A stretch of DNA of 44,597 bases from Octopus bimaculoides (GCF_001194135.2 NC_068991.1:36757912-36802508), one strand, 5' to 3'; positions 11,430-23,042 are shown, numbered from the stretch's first letter. The notes: generated by a model from the sequence alone, not told the origin. A program made the numbers and translations.

Positions 11430-11590
11430 TCAGAAGAAAAACTGTCTGGGAAATGCCTAGTTCTGCGGGTTCTGTTACCCATTCAAATCCCCTGAAATGA
11501 ATGATTTAACAGGATGGTGATTTGAATGGGCTAGGGGAACCTGCCTACCAGGACATTTCCCAGACTGTTATTTATTTATTTTTTTTCTGA
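11430..11590. repeat. ~160-bp imperfect foldback (MITE-like hairpin)
   Basis: Nested inverted pairs: 11444-11455/11554-11565 (12 bp perfect), 11465-11472/11537-11544, 11478-11489/11519-11530 (12 bp perfect), 11430-11441/11581-11590. Confidence 0.8.
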
Positions 11591-11683
11591 AGATGGGCCT
11601 TTGCGCCTCAAAAATAAAAGTTTTATTCAACTTCCTGCATTGTCAGAAGCATTCTGTTTTCTCTCTTCTTCGATATATATATA

Positions 11684-11686
<3 letters not shown>

Positions 11687-11765
<79 letters not shown>

Positions 11766-11790
11766 TGTATGTGTGTGTGTGTGTGTGTGT
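11687..11790. repeat. (GT)n microsatellite
   Basis: Directly visible, ~50 units. Confidence 0.95.
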
Positions 11791-11939
11791 TATAATTACT
11801 AAATCTTTCTAAAGGAGAGATACAGCATTAGTACTGGGTAGTAATATTTATTGCCAAACTAATGTGGCAGTCAAGTGAAATAGGACGAATGCTGCTGTTG
11901 ATTAGCTCCGAGAGGCGATCGCCTCTAACTAGCTATATG

Positions 11940-12560
11940 ACGCACAAATCTCTGAATCCATAAACCTTCGAACAGGGGAAGTCATTAACTTCTTGCTATC
12001 TTGGCATCCACTGACCGGTTTCGGGGTGGTTGCCCCTTATCAATGTGGAGTAGCTGAGTCCAACAGGGGTCGCTCTTGACCTCTATTGGAAGGTTTTATT
12101 TATATATATTCCGTGAAACACATTCACATACTGCTGCTGTGTGTCTCCTTTAGAGAGATTTAGAAATTATAACATTTCTATTTTTGAAAATCAGTGAATG
12201 TTTATATTATAGTACTGTTCGGTGTTTCGATAGCAAGGTACGTTAGACATATTAAGAAGTGCACAACACCTGCAGCTCAATTTATTTATTTATTGTTTGG
12301 TGTGATAGCTCGGAAATCTCAAGGAAAAAATAGCCACGCCAGTGATAGATTTACAAACGATTTAATAATAGAAATCTTTACTGAGTGTGATGTTAGTATA
12401 ATTATTGTCACCAATTTAATCACAGTCAATTTCCGGGGATTGCTTGAGACTTTGAGACAGAAAATTACTATCCTTATAGAAGGCATAATGAGAAGATCAA
12501 ATATATTCATAAAAGTTCAAACCACCCTTTCTTAATAATGAGAACATAAAAGGATCTTTA
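11940..12560 (-). mobile_element. probable Penelope-like element 3' remnant (decayed GIY-YIG C-terminus plus pseudo-LTR)
   Basis: Minus strand YI*SS motif at 12505-12491 (possible YIG with GGA>TGA), AT-rich decayed coding, then a hammerhead motif downstream. This is the known PLE layout. Confidence 0.45.
12007..12049 (-). ncRNA. minimal type I hammerhead ribozyme motif (U3-A8 core variant)
   Basis: Minus strand UCCAC-A-UUGAUAA-GGGG(CAACCA)CCCC-GAAA-C(CG)G-UC-A-GUGGA. Stem I UCCAC/GUGGA, stem II 4 bp, minimal palindromic stem III ACCGGU, GUC cleavage triplet, one A-A mismatch at 1.1/2.1. Confidence 0.7.
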
Positions 12561-13414
12561 GTCTGTTCACATACATTTATATTTTTGATAGAGCTATTCA
12601 TGTTTTATTATGGTAGCGTGTGGTTTTGAGGGAGATAAGGTTGCTATCTCTTGCAGTTTGAGCGATCACATTGAGAGTTGTTCGTTGGTACCTGTTCGAA
12701 AAATCATATGAAGGAAATACGAAGTTTAAGTGAGAGTTCTTATATGAAATCAAAGGCTTCCCTTGCCATTCTCATTCCTATTGCTTCTCACTACACCTAT
12801 TTTGGCTTTAAAAATTAATTTTTTACCCATTTATAACTTTATCTATTCCCAATTAAACGTGGATGTTCTATTTGCACAAACTTTACTGCAGTAGTTGTTT
12901 CTATCATTAACAGGGTAATAAATCCCTGCTACGTCCTGCGCCGAGACCATTAGATCACATGATTCCAACCTTGCTTGGTTTTGTCAATTCTATATTTCTT
13001 GCCTTACCTTAGTTTATCATTGTTACTATTGATGATATTAAAGGCTTCCCGGTCGTAATCATCCTATTGGATTCAAGGCATGCTATATACAAAGACTAAA
13101 TTATCTAATATACCTTACAGATCTATAGTGATGCAATATTATGGTTGATTTGACCGTTGCTTCTACTAGATCGAATGTCTGATTACAGACAGAAGCTACT
13201 TATAGTGGTTCAGTATAATTTTTTATTCAACCTTCTTCAATAATCATTTGTTCGCTTTTTTCTTTTTCTGTCATATAACTTCGTTGTTGTGAATATATTG
13301 AAAACAGACCACCCGTTTCACTTGAACGATTATCATCATAATTATCATTTTTGTCATTAGATCAATGGATTTTCGGAATCGTTATCGCATCTCAAACATA
13401 TACATATATATTTG

Positions 13415-13525
13415 ACGGCATTTCTTCTGCTGCCTTTTATCCTTTCGGGGTCGATGAAATAAGCACCAGCTGAACACTGAGGTCGATTTAATCAACTTAT
13501 CCCCCGAACTTGTGCCAAAATTATA
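13415..13525 (+). mobile_element. SINE family B 3' half
   Basis: GCCTTTTATCCTTTCGGGGTCGATGAAATAAGCACCAG...CTTGTGCCAAAATT followed by an (ATT)n tail. Confidence 0.75.
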
Positions 13526-13582
<57 letters not shown>

Positions 13583-13665
13583 GTTGTTGTTGTAGTTGTT
13601 GTTATTATTATTATTATTGCTATTATTATTATGATGATGATCATCTTCATCATCATCATTCTCAT
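13526..13665. repeat. compound triplet run (TAT)n/(TGT)n/(GAT)n/(CAT)n, expanded SINE tail
   Basis: Directly visible. Explains the poly-Y/poly-N ORFs in the track. Confidence 0.9.
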
Positions 13666-13666
13666 T

Positions 13667-13885
13667 TAAGGCACCGAGCTGACACAATCGTTAGTACGTC
13701 GGACGAAATACTTAGCGACTTTTCGTCTACCGCTACGCTCTGAGTTCAAATTCTGCCGGGGTCGACTTTGCCTTTTATCTTTTCATGGTCGATAAATTAA
13801 GTACCAGTTGAACACTGGAGTCGATGTAATTGACTGGTTCCCCCACCACTAAATTTCAGGTCTCGTGTTCTTAGTAGAAAGGATC
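13667..13885 (+). mobile_element. SINE family B, full length
   Basis: AAGGCACCGAGCTGACACAATCGTTAG...CTGAGTTCAAATTCTGCCGGGGTCGACTTTGCC...GGTCGATAAATTAAGTACCAG, (ATC)n tail. Confidence 0.85.
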
Positions 13886-14402
13886 ATCATCATCATCATC
13901 ATCATCCTATTGTCTATAACATCACTTGTTTGTTTTACTTCTTATTTTACTATATATTATTTCTATTATTTTGGTTCTTTAGTTTCGTATATTTATTCAA
14001 TGATCAACATTATACTACGTGAGCCGTTGTTCTTATCCCTTCTTTGCACACATGAAATCAGTGGTGGTTCACCAGAATGTAAGATAAATAAATTCTCTGG
14101 TGATAAGGTGAGAGTGTGTGAGGGACAGGGATACAAGGTTATACCCTCACCGAGAGGATTTATCATGTGGTGAAGTGCATCTGGGACAGAACACACGTGT
14201 GCCACAGATAGGCAACGAGAAACGTCGGTGCTATATGTGTATAAACGCGAGTGCGTGTGTGTGTGCGTGTGTGTATGTGTCTGTGTGTGTGTGTGTAGTG
14301 TGAGTAAGTGTGTGTGTGTGTGTGTGTAGTGTGAGTGAGTGTGTGTGTGTGTGTGTAGTGTGAGTATGTGTGTGTGTATGTGTGTAGTGTGAGTATGTGT
14401 GT

Positions 14403-14448
<46 letters not shown>

Positions 14449-15264
14449 ACGTGTGTATTGCATGTTGGTGTGTGATTTGTTATGAAGTACATCGAGCGTA
14501 AAATAGCTACCGATCACACGATGTTGTTCTTTGGATTTATCATATAAGAAGGCATGTGTTTATGTATATGTATGTGTATGTGTGTGTGTGCTATCCCACC
14601 GTCACTTAAATGTATTTTCACATGTGTACACAGAGGCTTATAATACAAATTCATGTATGCATATGTTTTTGTATGTGTGTATATACGTGACTGTGTGTAT
14701 ATACGTGTATATACGTGCGTGTGTGTCTACAAATGCGTATGTTCATATATAATTTACTAAAAGGTTGAATGCTACTAATATATATTTGTAGCTTTCGACC
14801 TTTTTTACTGAAGTATATCATTTACTCCTTTATTCAACGTAAAGGTTTTATTTTTTTCAGTTTGTCTTCTACGTTGCTCTCTGGAGAAGTCAAATACTAC
14901 ACTCAAGCTACACACAAAAGCACATCACACATATATATATANNNNNNNNNNNNNNNNNNNNNNNNNNNNNNNNNNNNNNNNNNNNNNNNNNNNNNNNNNN
15001 NNNNNNNNNNNNNNNNNNNNNNNNNNNNNNNNNNNNNNNNNNNNNNNNNNNNNTATATCGGTATTTGTATATAAGCCTTACACAAATAACCTTGCCCTGA
15101 CTTGTGCCTCGGAGGGTAACTTTCTAGGTGCAATCCCATGGTCATTCATGACCGAAGGGGGTCTCCTCATGTATATAAGGGTATATATATATGTTTTTAT
15201 ATTTCGGGATAGTCGTTTCATTCTACACTTAAGATTTCTTATTATTATTATTTTATACCCTTTG

Positions 15265-15308
15265 TGTGGAAATTTTTCATCACATATCTTGTGACCTCTT
15301 CAGCGACT
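15265..15308 (-). ncRNA. degenerate hammerhead-like motif
   Basis: Minus strand CUGAAGA-G-GUCAC(AAGAUAU)GUGAU-GAAA-AAUUUC. Stem I does not pair. Confidence 0.25.
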
Positions 15309-15609
15309 CTTCATCTCACATGTCTTCTCCTGTTCTGTTTAGTCCATTCTATGCTCGCTTGTTTTGGCAATTACATTTTGCAGGAGGATATTCAAAGTGT
15401 TTTCATTGCCCCATCCCCATCCCCACCCCCAAAGAAAAGATTCTAGGGGGTGCAAGCGCACTCCATATACGCCCACTTCCTAAGACTACGCTTTGGGGCC
15501 CTGATGGAAGTTAAGTGAGGGAGCTTGTCATTCGTATGTAAAAAGGTAGCCATATTTCATGTAATTATATTTCATGTAATTATATCGGTATTCATTTAAC
15601 TATTGGTGC

Positions 15610-15760
15610 AATTTAAAAGACACCTCTCAATATAGTTTACAATGTCTTTCCTCAACCTGGAGTTAATTTTATGACACCAACAATTTATCTTGTACTATGT
15701 TTATCGTACTTTTATACATCTTTGTTGCTCCATACATGACATCGGACCCCCTTCTGTTAT
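15610..15760 (-). pseudogene. possible retroviral-type integrase Zn-binding fragment (Ty3/gypsy or Ginger)
   Basis: Frameshifted minus translation YGATKMYKST...LRKDIVNYIERCLLNC resembles the H-G..KMY..WP.MRKDI..Y...C..C pattern. Confidence 0.3.
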
Positions 15761-16299
15761 TGAATTCCTTGTTTGTTATTGCTTTGAGATTTCATTGATA
15801 TTGTATTTTTGAGAGATATTGATAACTTAACGTTCCTAGTTTGCATTTTGATGCTCTTTCATTGTGTATCCAAGCCCAAACGAAAAAAAAAAAAAAAGGG
15901 AAAAGAAAATTCATATACTCAGAAATTCTGAGGGCTCATATCTCGTGTTTTACGTGTCTTGTGTCATACGATACGTATACTGAGTTTAATGCAATATGTC
16001 GAGGTGGAAGCAAAAAATCATTTTCATTTAGTGCGGATTGCGATATCGATAACCAAAGTATATATTTGAGTGCATGCATGTTGATAGACTCTGGGGCACT
16101 ATCTATATAATGTAGTTCTATTTTATGTAGTGCAGATCTTCCTTTTGCTGGGATAGGCACACCAGAGTGCCAGATTTAACATCATCATCTGAACCATGCA
16201 GCCTCTAACAAAGTGCTACCCTAATGCAAACATTTAGAACAGGCTCTCAACACCGTGATACCGTGATCTCAAGACGCAACGACACCGTCGACTTTCCAG

Positions 16300-16960
16300 A
16301 TGTCAACGCCTAAAACTAAATCCGATGAACAATTCTTTCTACCGAACTCTAACCTCTGCAGAGTTCGATCCTACCAAGCCGCTGCACCTCTTACTAACAC
16401 ATAAATCACTCTTATTATTCCTCCTCAAACATAAATCTCTCACGCTCTACTCACGCTCTATCTCTTCTACTCAGTCTACACTTTACATTCTTTCCTCCTC
16501 AGACTTCGTTCTTCTCCTCACACACCTCTCTCAGGTATCAGCCACAAAACTTCCGGTTATACTATCATAAAGTCTTCCACTACACAACTCCAAGTAGATC
16601 TGCTTTCTTCACCGCACTCTGAAGCTCCCCGAACCACCTACGACTACATCTAATCCTATTTCAATGACATCCATTTCATTTCACCTTTCTCCAAAGTGAT
16701 CATCCTCGGGGAATTCAGTGTTCACAACTATTTTCACACCCATCCCATATAGAAGAAGACACCGGTTCAGAAACCGGATTATTTTCAATTCTCATCTCTT
16801 TACATCAACTACTTTCATTCCAGAAACCCCTCTCCGGCCAACAAACAGACACTTCAAACAGCCTTAGTCTTTCTCACCTCTAAAACCAATCTGTACAAAA
16901 CCATATTCGTCACTGTATTTATCAAGTCATCCGACAACTGCACGTCTATACTAAATAACA
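16300..16960 (+). mobile_element. decayed APE endonuclease region of a CR1/L2/Jockey-group LINE
   Basis: KVIILGEFSVH at ~16693-16725 (GDFN.H motif), SL.LFLTSK.NLY and SSDN at ~16926 (SDH motif), all frameshifted. Confidence 0.65.
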
Positions 16961-17173
16961 ACCACCCCAGTGTCAGATTGTAATGTATTTCAAATCAAGT
17001 AACTGATTGGAAGGTGTCACTTCTGTCTCTATTGTCTTTCCGTGCTTATAGGACCAGTTCAAACAGATTCCTGGGGATAGGCATTCCATTCACGAATATG
17101 AGTTTTGTAAAAGGCCAATAATTTTGAGGAGTTGGGGTTAGTCGGTTACATCGATCCGAGTAGTAGACATGAA

Positions 17174-17640
17174 GGGTTGTTTTGGTTCAATGGTAGATTT
17201 CTCATGTCTGCAGGAGATGTGGGTTCGAGACCCACAGGCACAATTCGAATTCCTCTATCCGAAAAGATTTTTTCAACCCAATATTTCGCTACTTTTATTT
17301 ATAGGTTTATGTGCTTTGAGATCCACTGTTTCAAAAAAGAATTATCTCACGTTTTCTCGAAAGTTTGCAAAATTATTACGTCATCAAAGCACAATTTTTG
17401 TTGGTGCAAATAAAGTTTCTAAAATGGAGAGAGAAATTCGAAGGATTGTTATGGTCCAGTGATAGAACGCTGTCATGTCTTCTGGAGATGTTGGGTTCGA
17501 ATATCACGGGTGATCCTCAGATTTTTCTATCCAAAAATGTGTATTAAACAAATATCTTCACGCTACAACTTATAGCTTTTCGTGCGTCGAGATCCACTCT
17601 TCCACAAGAAAAGAATTTCATATAATCTAACGTTTTGTAA
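17174..17640 (+). repeat. two ~270-bp tandem units, each headed by a tRNA-Gly-like pseudogene
   Basis: Unit 1 (17174) TGGTTCAATGGTAGATTTCTC vs tRNA-Gly TGGTTCAGTGGTAGAATTCTC, perfect T-arm GTGGG-TTCGAGA-CCCAC at 17219-17235. Unit 2 at 17443. Shared spacer blocks CTATCC.AAAA and GAGATCCACT at 17318 and 17589. Confidence 0.65.
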
Positions 17641-17684
17641 AATTCTCATGATGGCATGAATATAAGTTTATATGTATGTTTGTA

Positions 17685-17875
17685 TCTTTTACTTCCTACA
17701 GCTGTTAGAGTGCGGCCATACTAGGACACTGCCATGCTCGAGCACCGCTTTGAAGAATATAAGTCGAATGATTCAACCACAGTACTTTATTCTTAACCGT
17801 AAGATTACGGGGCCGTAAACACACCAACGCAGGTTGTCAAGCGGTGAAGGGAGACAAACACAGACACAAAAACAC
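17685..17875 (-). mobile_element. SINE family A 3' half
   Basis: GCGGCCATACT/GCCATGCTCGAGCACCGC, TTACGGGGCCGTAAACACACC, GGTTGTCAAGCGGTG. Confidence 0.75.
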
Positions 17876-17916
17876 ATGCACAGACACACGCAGGCACACG
17901 CACACACGCGCGCGCG

Positions 17917-17989
<73 letters not shown>

Positions 17990-18494
17990 NNNNNNNNNNN
18001 NNNNNNNNNNNNNNNNNNNNNNNNNNNNNNNNNNNNNNNNNNNNNNNNNNNNNNNNNNNNNNNNNNNNNNNNNNNNNNNNNNNNNNNNNNNNNNNNNNNN
18101 NNNNNNNNNNNNNNNNNNNNNNNNNNNNNNNNNNNNNNNNNNNNNNNNNNNNNNNNNNNNNNNNNNNNNNNNNNNNNNNNNNNNNNNNNNNNNNNNNNNN
18201 NNNNNNNNNNNNNNNNNNNNNNNNNNNNNNNNNNNNNNNNNNNNNNNNNNNNNNNNNNNNNNNNNNNNNNNNNNNNNNNNNNNNNNNNNNNNNNNNNNNN
18301 NNNNNNNNNNNNNNNNNNNNNNNNNNNNNNNNNNNNNNNNNNNNNNNNNNNNNNNNNNNNNNNNNNNNNNNNNNNNNNNNNNNNNNNNNNNNNNNNNNNN
18401 NNNNNNNNNNNNNNNNNNNNNNNNNNNNNNNNNNNNNNNNNNNNNNNNNNNNNNNNNNNNNNNNNNNNNNNNNNNNNNNNNNNNNNNNNNNNNN

Positions 18495-18590
18495 GTGGCA
18501 CCTTGGGCAAGTAACTTCTACTGTGGCATCGGGCCAACCAAATACTTGTGAGTGGATTTCGTAGGCGGAAACTGAGAGGAAGCCCGTTGA

Positions 18591-18625
<35 letters not shown>

Positions 18626-18885
18626 CGGGTGTATGTTTGTTTGTGTGTGTGTTTGTGTATTCATGTGTGTGTCTGTGCTTGTCCCCCCCCCGCCACAACA
18701 CCATCGCTTGACAACAGATGTTGGCGTGCTTACGCCCCCCCCCCGTAACTTAGCTGTTTGGCCAAGGGACCGGTAGAATAAATATCGGGCTTGCAAAGAA
18801 TAAATCCAGGAGTCAATTTCTTCGACTAAAAGTCAGTACTCCAGCATGGCCGCAGTCAAATAACTGGAACAAGTAAAAGAATAAA
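18495..18885 (+). mobile_element. SINE family A (5' end hidden by gap)
   Basis: GTGGCACCTTGGGCAAGT...GGAAACTGAGAGGAAGCCCG-(TA)n(TG)n-...CTCCAGCATGGCCGCAGTCAAATAACTGGAACAAGTAAAAG. Confidence 0.9.
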
Positions 18886-19001
18886 AAATTAAAAGAATAT
18901 ATACATATACATATACATATATGTGTACGCATGGATATATATGTGTACGTATGTATGTGTGCGCGCTGTGTAGCTAGACAGACAGACAGGCTGACAGACA
19001 A

Positions 19002-19002
<1 letters not shown>

Positions 19003-19072
<70 letters not shown>
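19003..19072. repeat. (GATA)n microsatellite
   Basis: Directly visible. Similar tracts at 5451-5480, 6947-6980, 7642-7700, 20560-20660 and 32205-32261. Confidence 0.95.
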
Positions 19073-19197
19073 TGTACATGCGTAGCAGAGTAAACAACTA
19101 ATGACTAAAGTCCGACGAAAGTTAGCGACAGTCAGCGGCGGCAGGCGTATCTTGGCCGAAACTGGAGCACTCACTGACACGAACTTATCTCATCTTG

Positions 19198-19232
<35 letters not shown>

Positions 19233-19517
19233 AATATGTAGGTATGTATGTATGTATGTGTGTATGTGTGTATATCAGTGTGTGTGTGCGTGTACGCATG
19301 CATGGGTATCAATTAGATTTTATCGATTTTCGTTTAAACTTCGGTGAGCACTGAATCAACTTTTCAACACATTAACAAGAAACAAACATTTCATTTTTGA
19401 TAAGAATCTTCTTTTATTTTTGAATTTCATTTCTGCTTGAGTATTTACTTATACGCTTCGTGTATGGGTGTGTGTACATTTTCCGTATGTATTTATGTGT
19501 ATAATATGCGTACGTAT

Positions 19518-19569
<52 letters not shown>

Positions 19570-19996
19570 TTGTGTGTTTGTGTATGCGTGCTCGCGTGTG
19601 GGCGTGCAAGCATATATATGGATGCGTAGATGCAGTTGGATATATACAATCTCGAATGAAAGAATGAGTGGGTGTGTGAATGCCCCAACTCGTTTGTTTC
19701 AAAATTTCTCAGATTTCGTTTCTATATCCGCTGTACGGGGCGAGTCATTGTGTTATAAACGTATACACACTCCCTTACGCAATTATATATAAAGATAGAC
19801 ACGTGCACGCATTATATATCTACATTTATCTATTTATCTAACTGTCTATCATGGCTGTGTGTGTACATATACATACATACAAACACACACAAACACACAC
19901 ACTCACACGTACACACACATATATACATATATATATACACATATATACATATATATACACATATATATGCATATGTACATATATATGTATACATAG

Positions 19997-20029
<33 letters not shown>

Positions 20030-20052
20030 ATCGATACATAGATCTATATTTA

Positions 20053-20083
<31 letters not shown>

Positions 20084-20499
20084 ATATNNNNNNNNNNNNN
20101 NNNNNNNNNNNNNNNNNNNNNNNNNNNNNNNNNNNNNNNNNNNNNNNNNNNNNNNNNNNNNNNNNNNNNNNNNNNNNNNNNNNNNNNNNNNNNNNNNNNN
20201 NNTATATATATATATTATATATATATAGGTATATGTATATATTTGTATGTATGTATGTATATATATATGTACATGCCTTCATACTTATACGCACCCATAT
20301 ACAGATATTTATATAAACTTATAAAAATACATTGATGTAATTAAACACAGATATATATGCGTGTACAGTATTTGTATAAACAGACACACAGACGCATACA
20401 GACTTTCACTTACCCATACACATATGCATGCATAATATGAACTTAAAAGATTGAGCTAAGTAGGCAAACTAACAAACTGATAGATAGACAGACAGGCAA

Positions 20500-20530
<31 letters not shown>

Positions 20531-20572
20531 TGCAGGCAGACAGACAGACAGACAATCAAATAGATAGATAGC

Positions 20573-20606
<34 letters not shown>

Positions 20607-20616
20607 NNNNNNNNNN

Positions 20617-20652
<36 letters not shown>

Positions 20653-21430
20653 CAGACAGATAGATCCAGTGCTACTGAAAAATGATTCAGAGATAGATGA
20701 ATTTCAACATTTTACGTCTGATCGATGACTGTCTAACCATAGTTATTCATGTTCCTAGACTACGTCACTCCAATCGCCAGAAACGGTAGCCAAATTTCTC
20801 TCAAATCAGTTTATTTCCTGTTTAAAGAATTTGGGAGCTCATTGGATACCGTAGCCTTAAAAATAGTCTTCGGAGAATAAAATACCAGCTGTTTAGGAAC
20901 TGATTGGTTTTTATCATAGCTCTGCTTGATATTGGGTTCATGGAAATTCATCATAACAAAAATAAACTTGAAAAGTTTTCAAGTTAGCAGCGATAGTGAA
21001 TCAATGCTTATGAAAGGTTAATGACATGAAGGCAGCAGGGTTATCTGCACTCCACTTGCCTGAGATCAATATTGTTGATCATCTTTAGATGAGTATCAAT
21101 AATATCACTGAGTCAGATTGATAATACACATGTGTAATTCAGTGCTTCTTGTCAGAGTGGGCGGTCCAGCCCCCAGGAGATTGGGTGGGTAGTTTATATG
21201 GGTACAATGATAAAGGGGATTGTAGCACCAGGCGATAGATGCATTTTTTTCTTCTTTTCGCACAGTTTTTTTTCTTCTTTGTCTCTTTGTTTCTTTTTTT
21301 TTTTAAGAAATTAAATGAATAATTATGATAAACTGACTATTAGTCACAATTAAATGAAACAAGATCAACAGATAATAATAGGCGTCGAAAGATGAATAAG
21401 TAAATAATAAATAAAATAGCAATATATATC

Positions 21431-21797
21431 GTGGCACTCCGTCGGTTATGACGACGAGGGTTCCAGTTGATCCGATTAACAGAACAGCCTGCTCGTGAAA
21501 TTAACGTGTGACTGAGCGCTCCAGAGACACACGTACCTTTAACGTAGTTCTCGGAAAGATTCAGCGTGACACAACGTGTGACAAGGCTGACCCTTTGAAA
21601 TACAGATACAACAGAAAGAGGAAGAAAGAGTGAGAGAGAGTTGGGATGAAAGAGTACAACAGGGTTCACCATCCTCGCCTCCTGCAGGGGACTCGTGGAG
21701 CTTAAGGTGTTTTCACTCAATAAACACTCACAACGCCAGGTCTGGGAATCGAAACCGCGAGTCCGCTGCCTTAACCACTGGGCCATTACGCCTGCAC
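21431..21797 (-). mobile_element. tRNA-derived SINE, family D, near full length
   Basis: Element strand GGCGTAATGGCCCAGTGGTTAAGGCAGCGGACTCGCGGTTTCGATTCCCAGACC head (A/B boxes), long body, tail CAACTGGAACCCTCGTCGTCATAACCGACGGAGTGCCAC. Confidence 0.85.
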
Positions 21798-22539
21798 GCA
21801 ACATATATACTCCAGGCGTGTAAGTTAGAAAGAACAAAGTAAAGCAAAATTTAGAAGACATTGTCAAAATTTGTGGGCATTTCTATACTTACAAGGTGAC
21901 CCCTGCACCTATAGCGTTATGTCACGTCCTTACATGTGTGTGTGTGTGTGTGTGTGTCTGTGTGTGTGTGTGTGTGTCTGTGTGTGTGTGCGTTTGAGTG
22001 TGTACGTGTGCGCGCCCGCATGCAAATGAAAATATACATTTGATGTGTTAAATTTTATCAAATTGTAGCAAAGGTGGCGTTGATGGAGTATTTCTAAAGG
22101 CGAGGAATCAACAGTCTAAAGTACTTTCTAAAGTACTTGTCTAACCCACTGAAATGAACGGAACGGAGAATATTTTCTCATTCAGCTTACAATAGAAAGG
22201 CGGCACACTCAGTGCAATCCCTGGGGTATATTACATTCACTCTTATCACGTAGTTCTGTCTTAAAGCAAGGGCTAACTGGGTATTTACCCAGAGACTCCT
22301 AGTGGACTAGAGCCTTTAACGTTAATCTATGTATACTGTGGCATAGGTTGTATATACAGGTGCTGCGGTGCATTGCTTTGCTAGGGGCCTTATAGTGTTG
22401 CGAGAAATGTCTCTCTAACAGGAGTGGAATGTTAACACAAATTTACGGGACGTTCTCACTAACACTAGCGGGACTTTTCACTACTCTTGCGGGAACATTT
22501 ACACATTTGAACTAACTTGAGTAATATGTTTATAATTTT

Positions 22540-23042
22540 ATTTACTTGTTTCCATCATTTGACTGCGGCCATGTTGAGACACTACCTTGAAAATTCTTAG
22601 TGGAATAAATCGACGCCAGAATTTTTTAAAGCTAAGGTTACTTTTAAAGAACTGGTCAGGCACGGGGACGTAGACACACAAACACTGTTTGTCAAGCAGT
22701 GATGAGGGACAAGCGCACAGACACATACACACATTGATGTATATATATATATATATATATATGCATATATACATACGTATATGTACATACTAACATCTAT
22801 ACGTATATATAAATTTATATATATATATGTATATGTGGGCACAGGACGTCACGAAACGTGTATAACAAGAAACAAAAGAAAAAATACGAACCAAACACAC
22901 ACACATATATATGTTTGTATGTATGTATCTCACCAAATCCCCTTGGTCGGTCCGGGGCTATAACAGAAGACACTTGTCCAAGATGCCACGCAGTGGGACT
23001 GAATCATGTGGCTGGGAAGCAGGCTTCTTACCATACATCCAC
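22540..23042 (-). mobile_element. SINE family A with expanded central microsatellite/insert
   Basis: 3' block TTTGACTGCGGCCATG at ~22559 and 5' block GACACTTGTCCAAGATGCCACGCAGTGGGACTGAA...GGGAAGCAGGCTTCTTACC at ~22970-23030, separated by ~200 bp of (TA)n-rich sequence. Confidence 0.8.

Noticed and set aside
11911-11926. Perfect 16-bp palindrome AGAGGCGATCGCCTCT
   Set aside because: Isolated and probably inside a repeat fragment; no supporting context.
13382-13743. Poly-Asn / poly-Tyr ORFs
   Set aside because: Translation of an expanded (ATT)n SINE tail between two SINE B copies.
15552-15585. 15-bp tandem duplication ATATTTCATGTAATT x2
   Set aside because: Ordinary slippage event.
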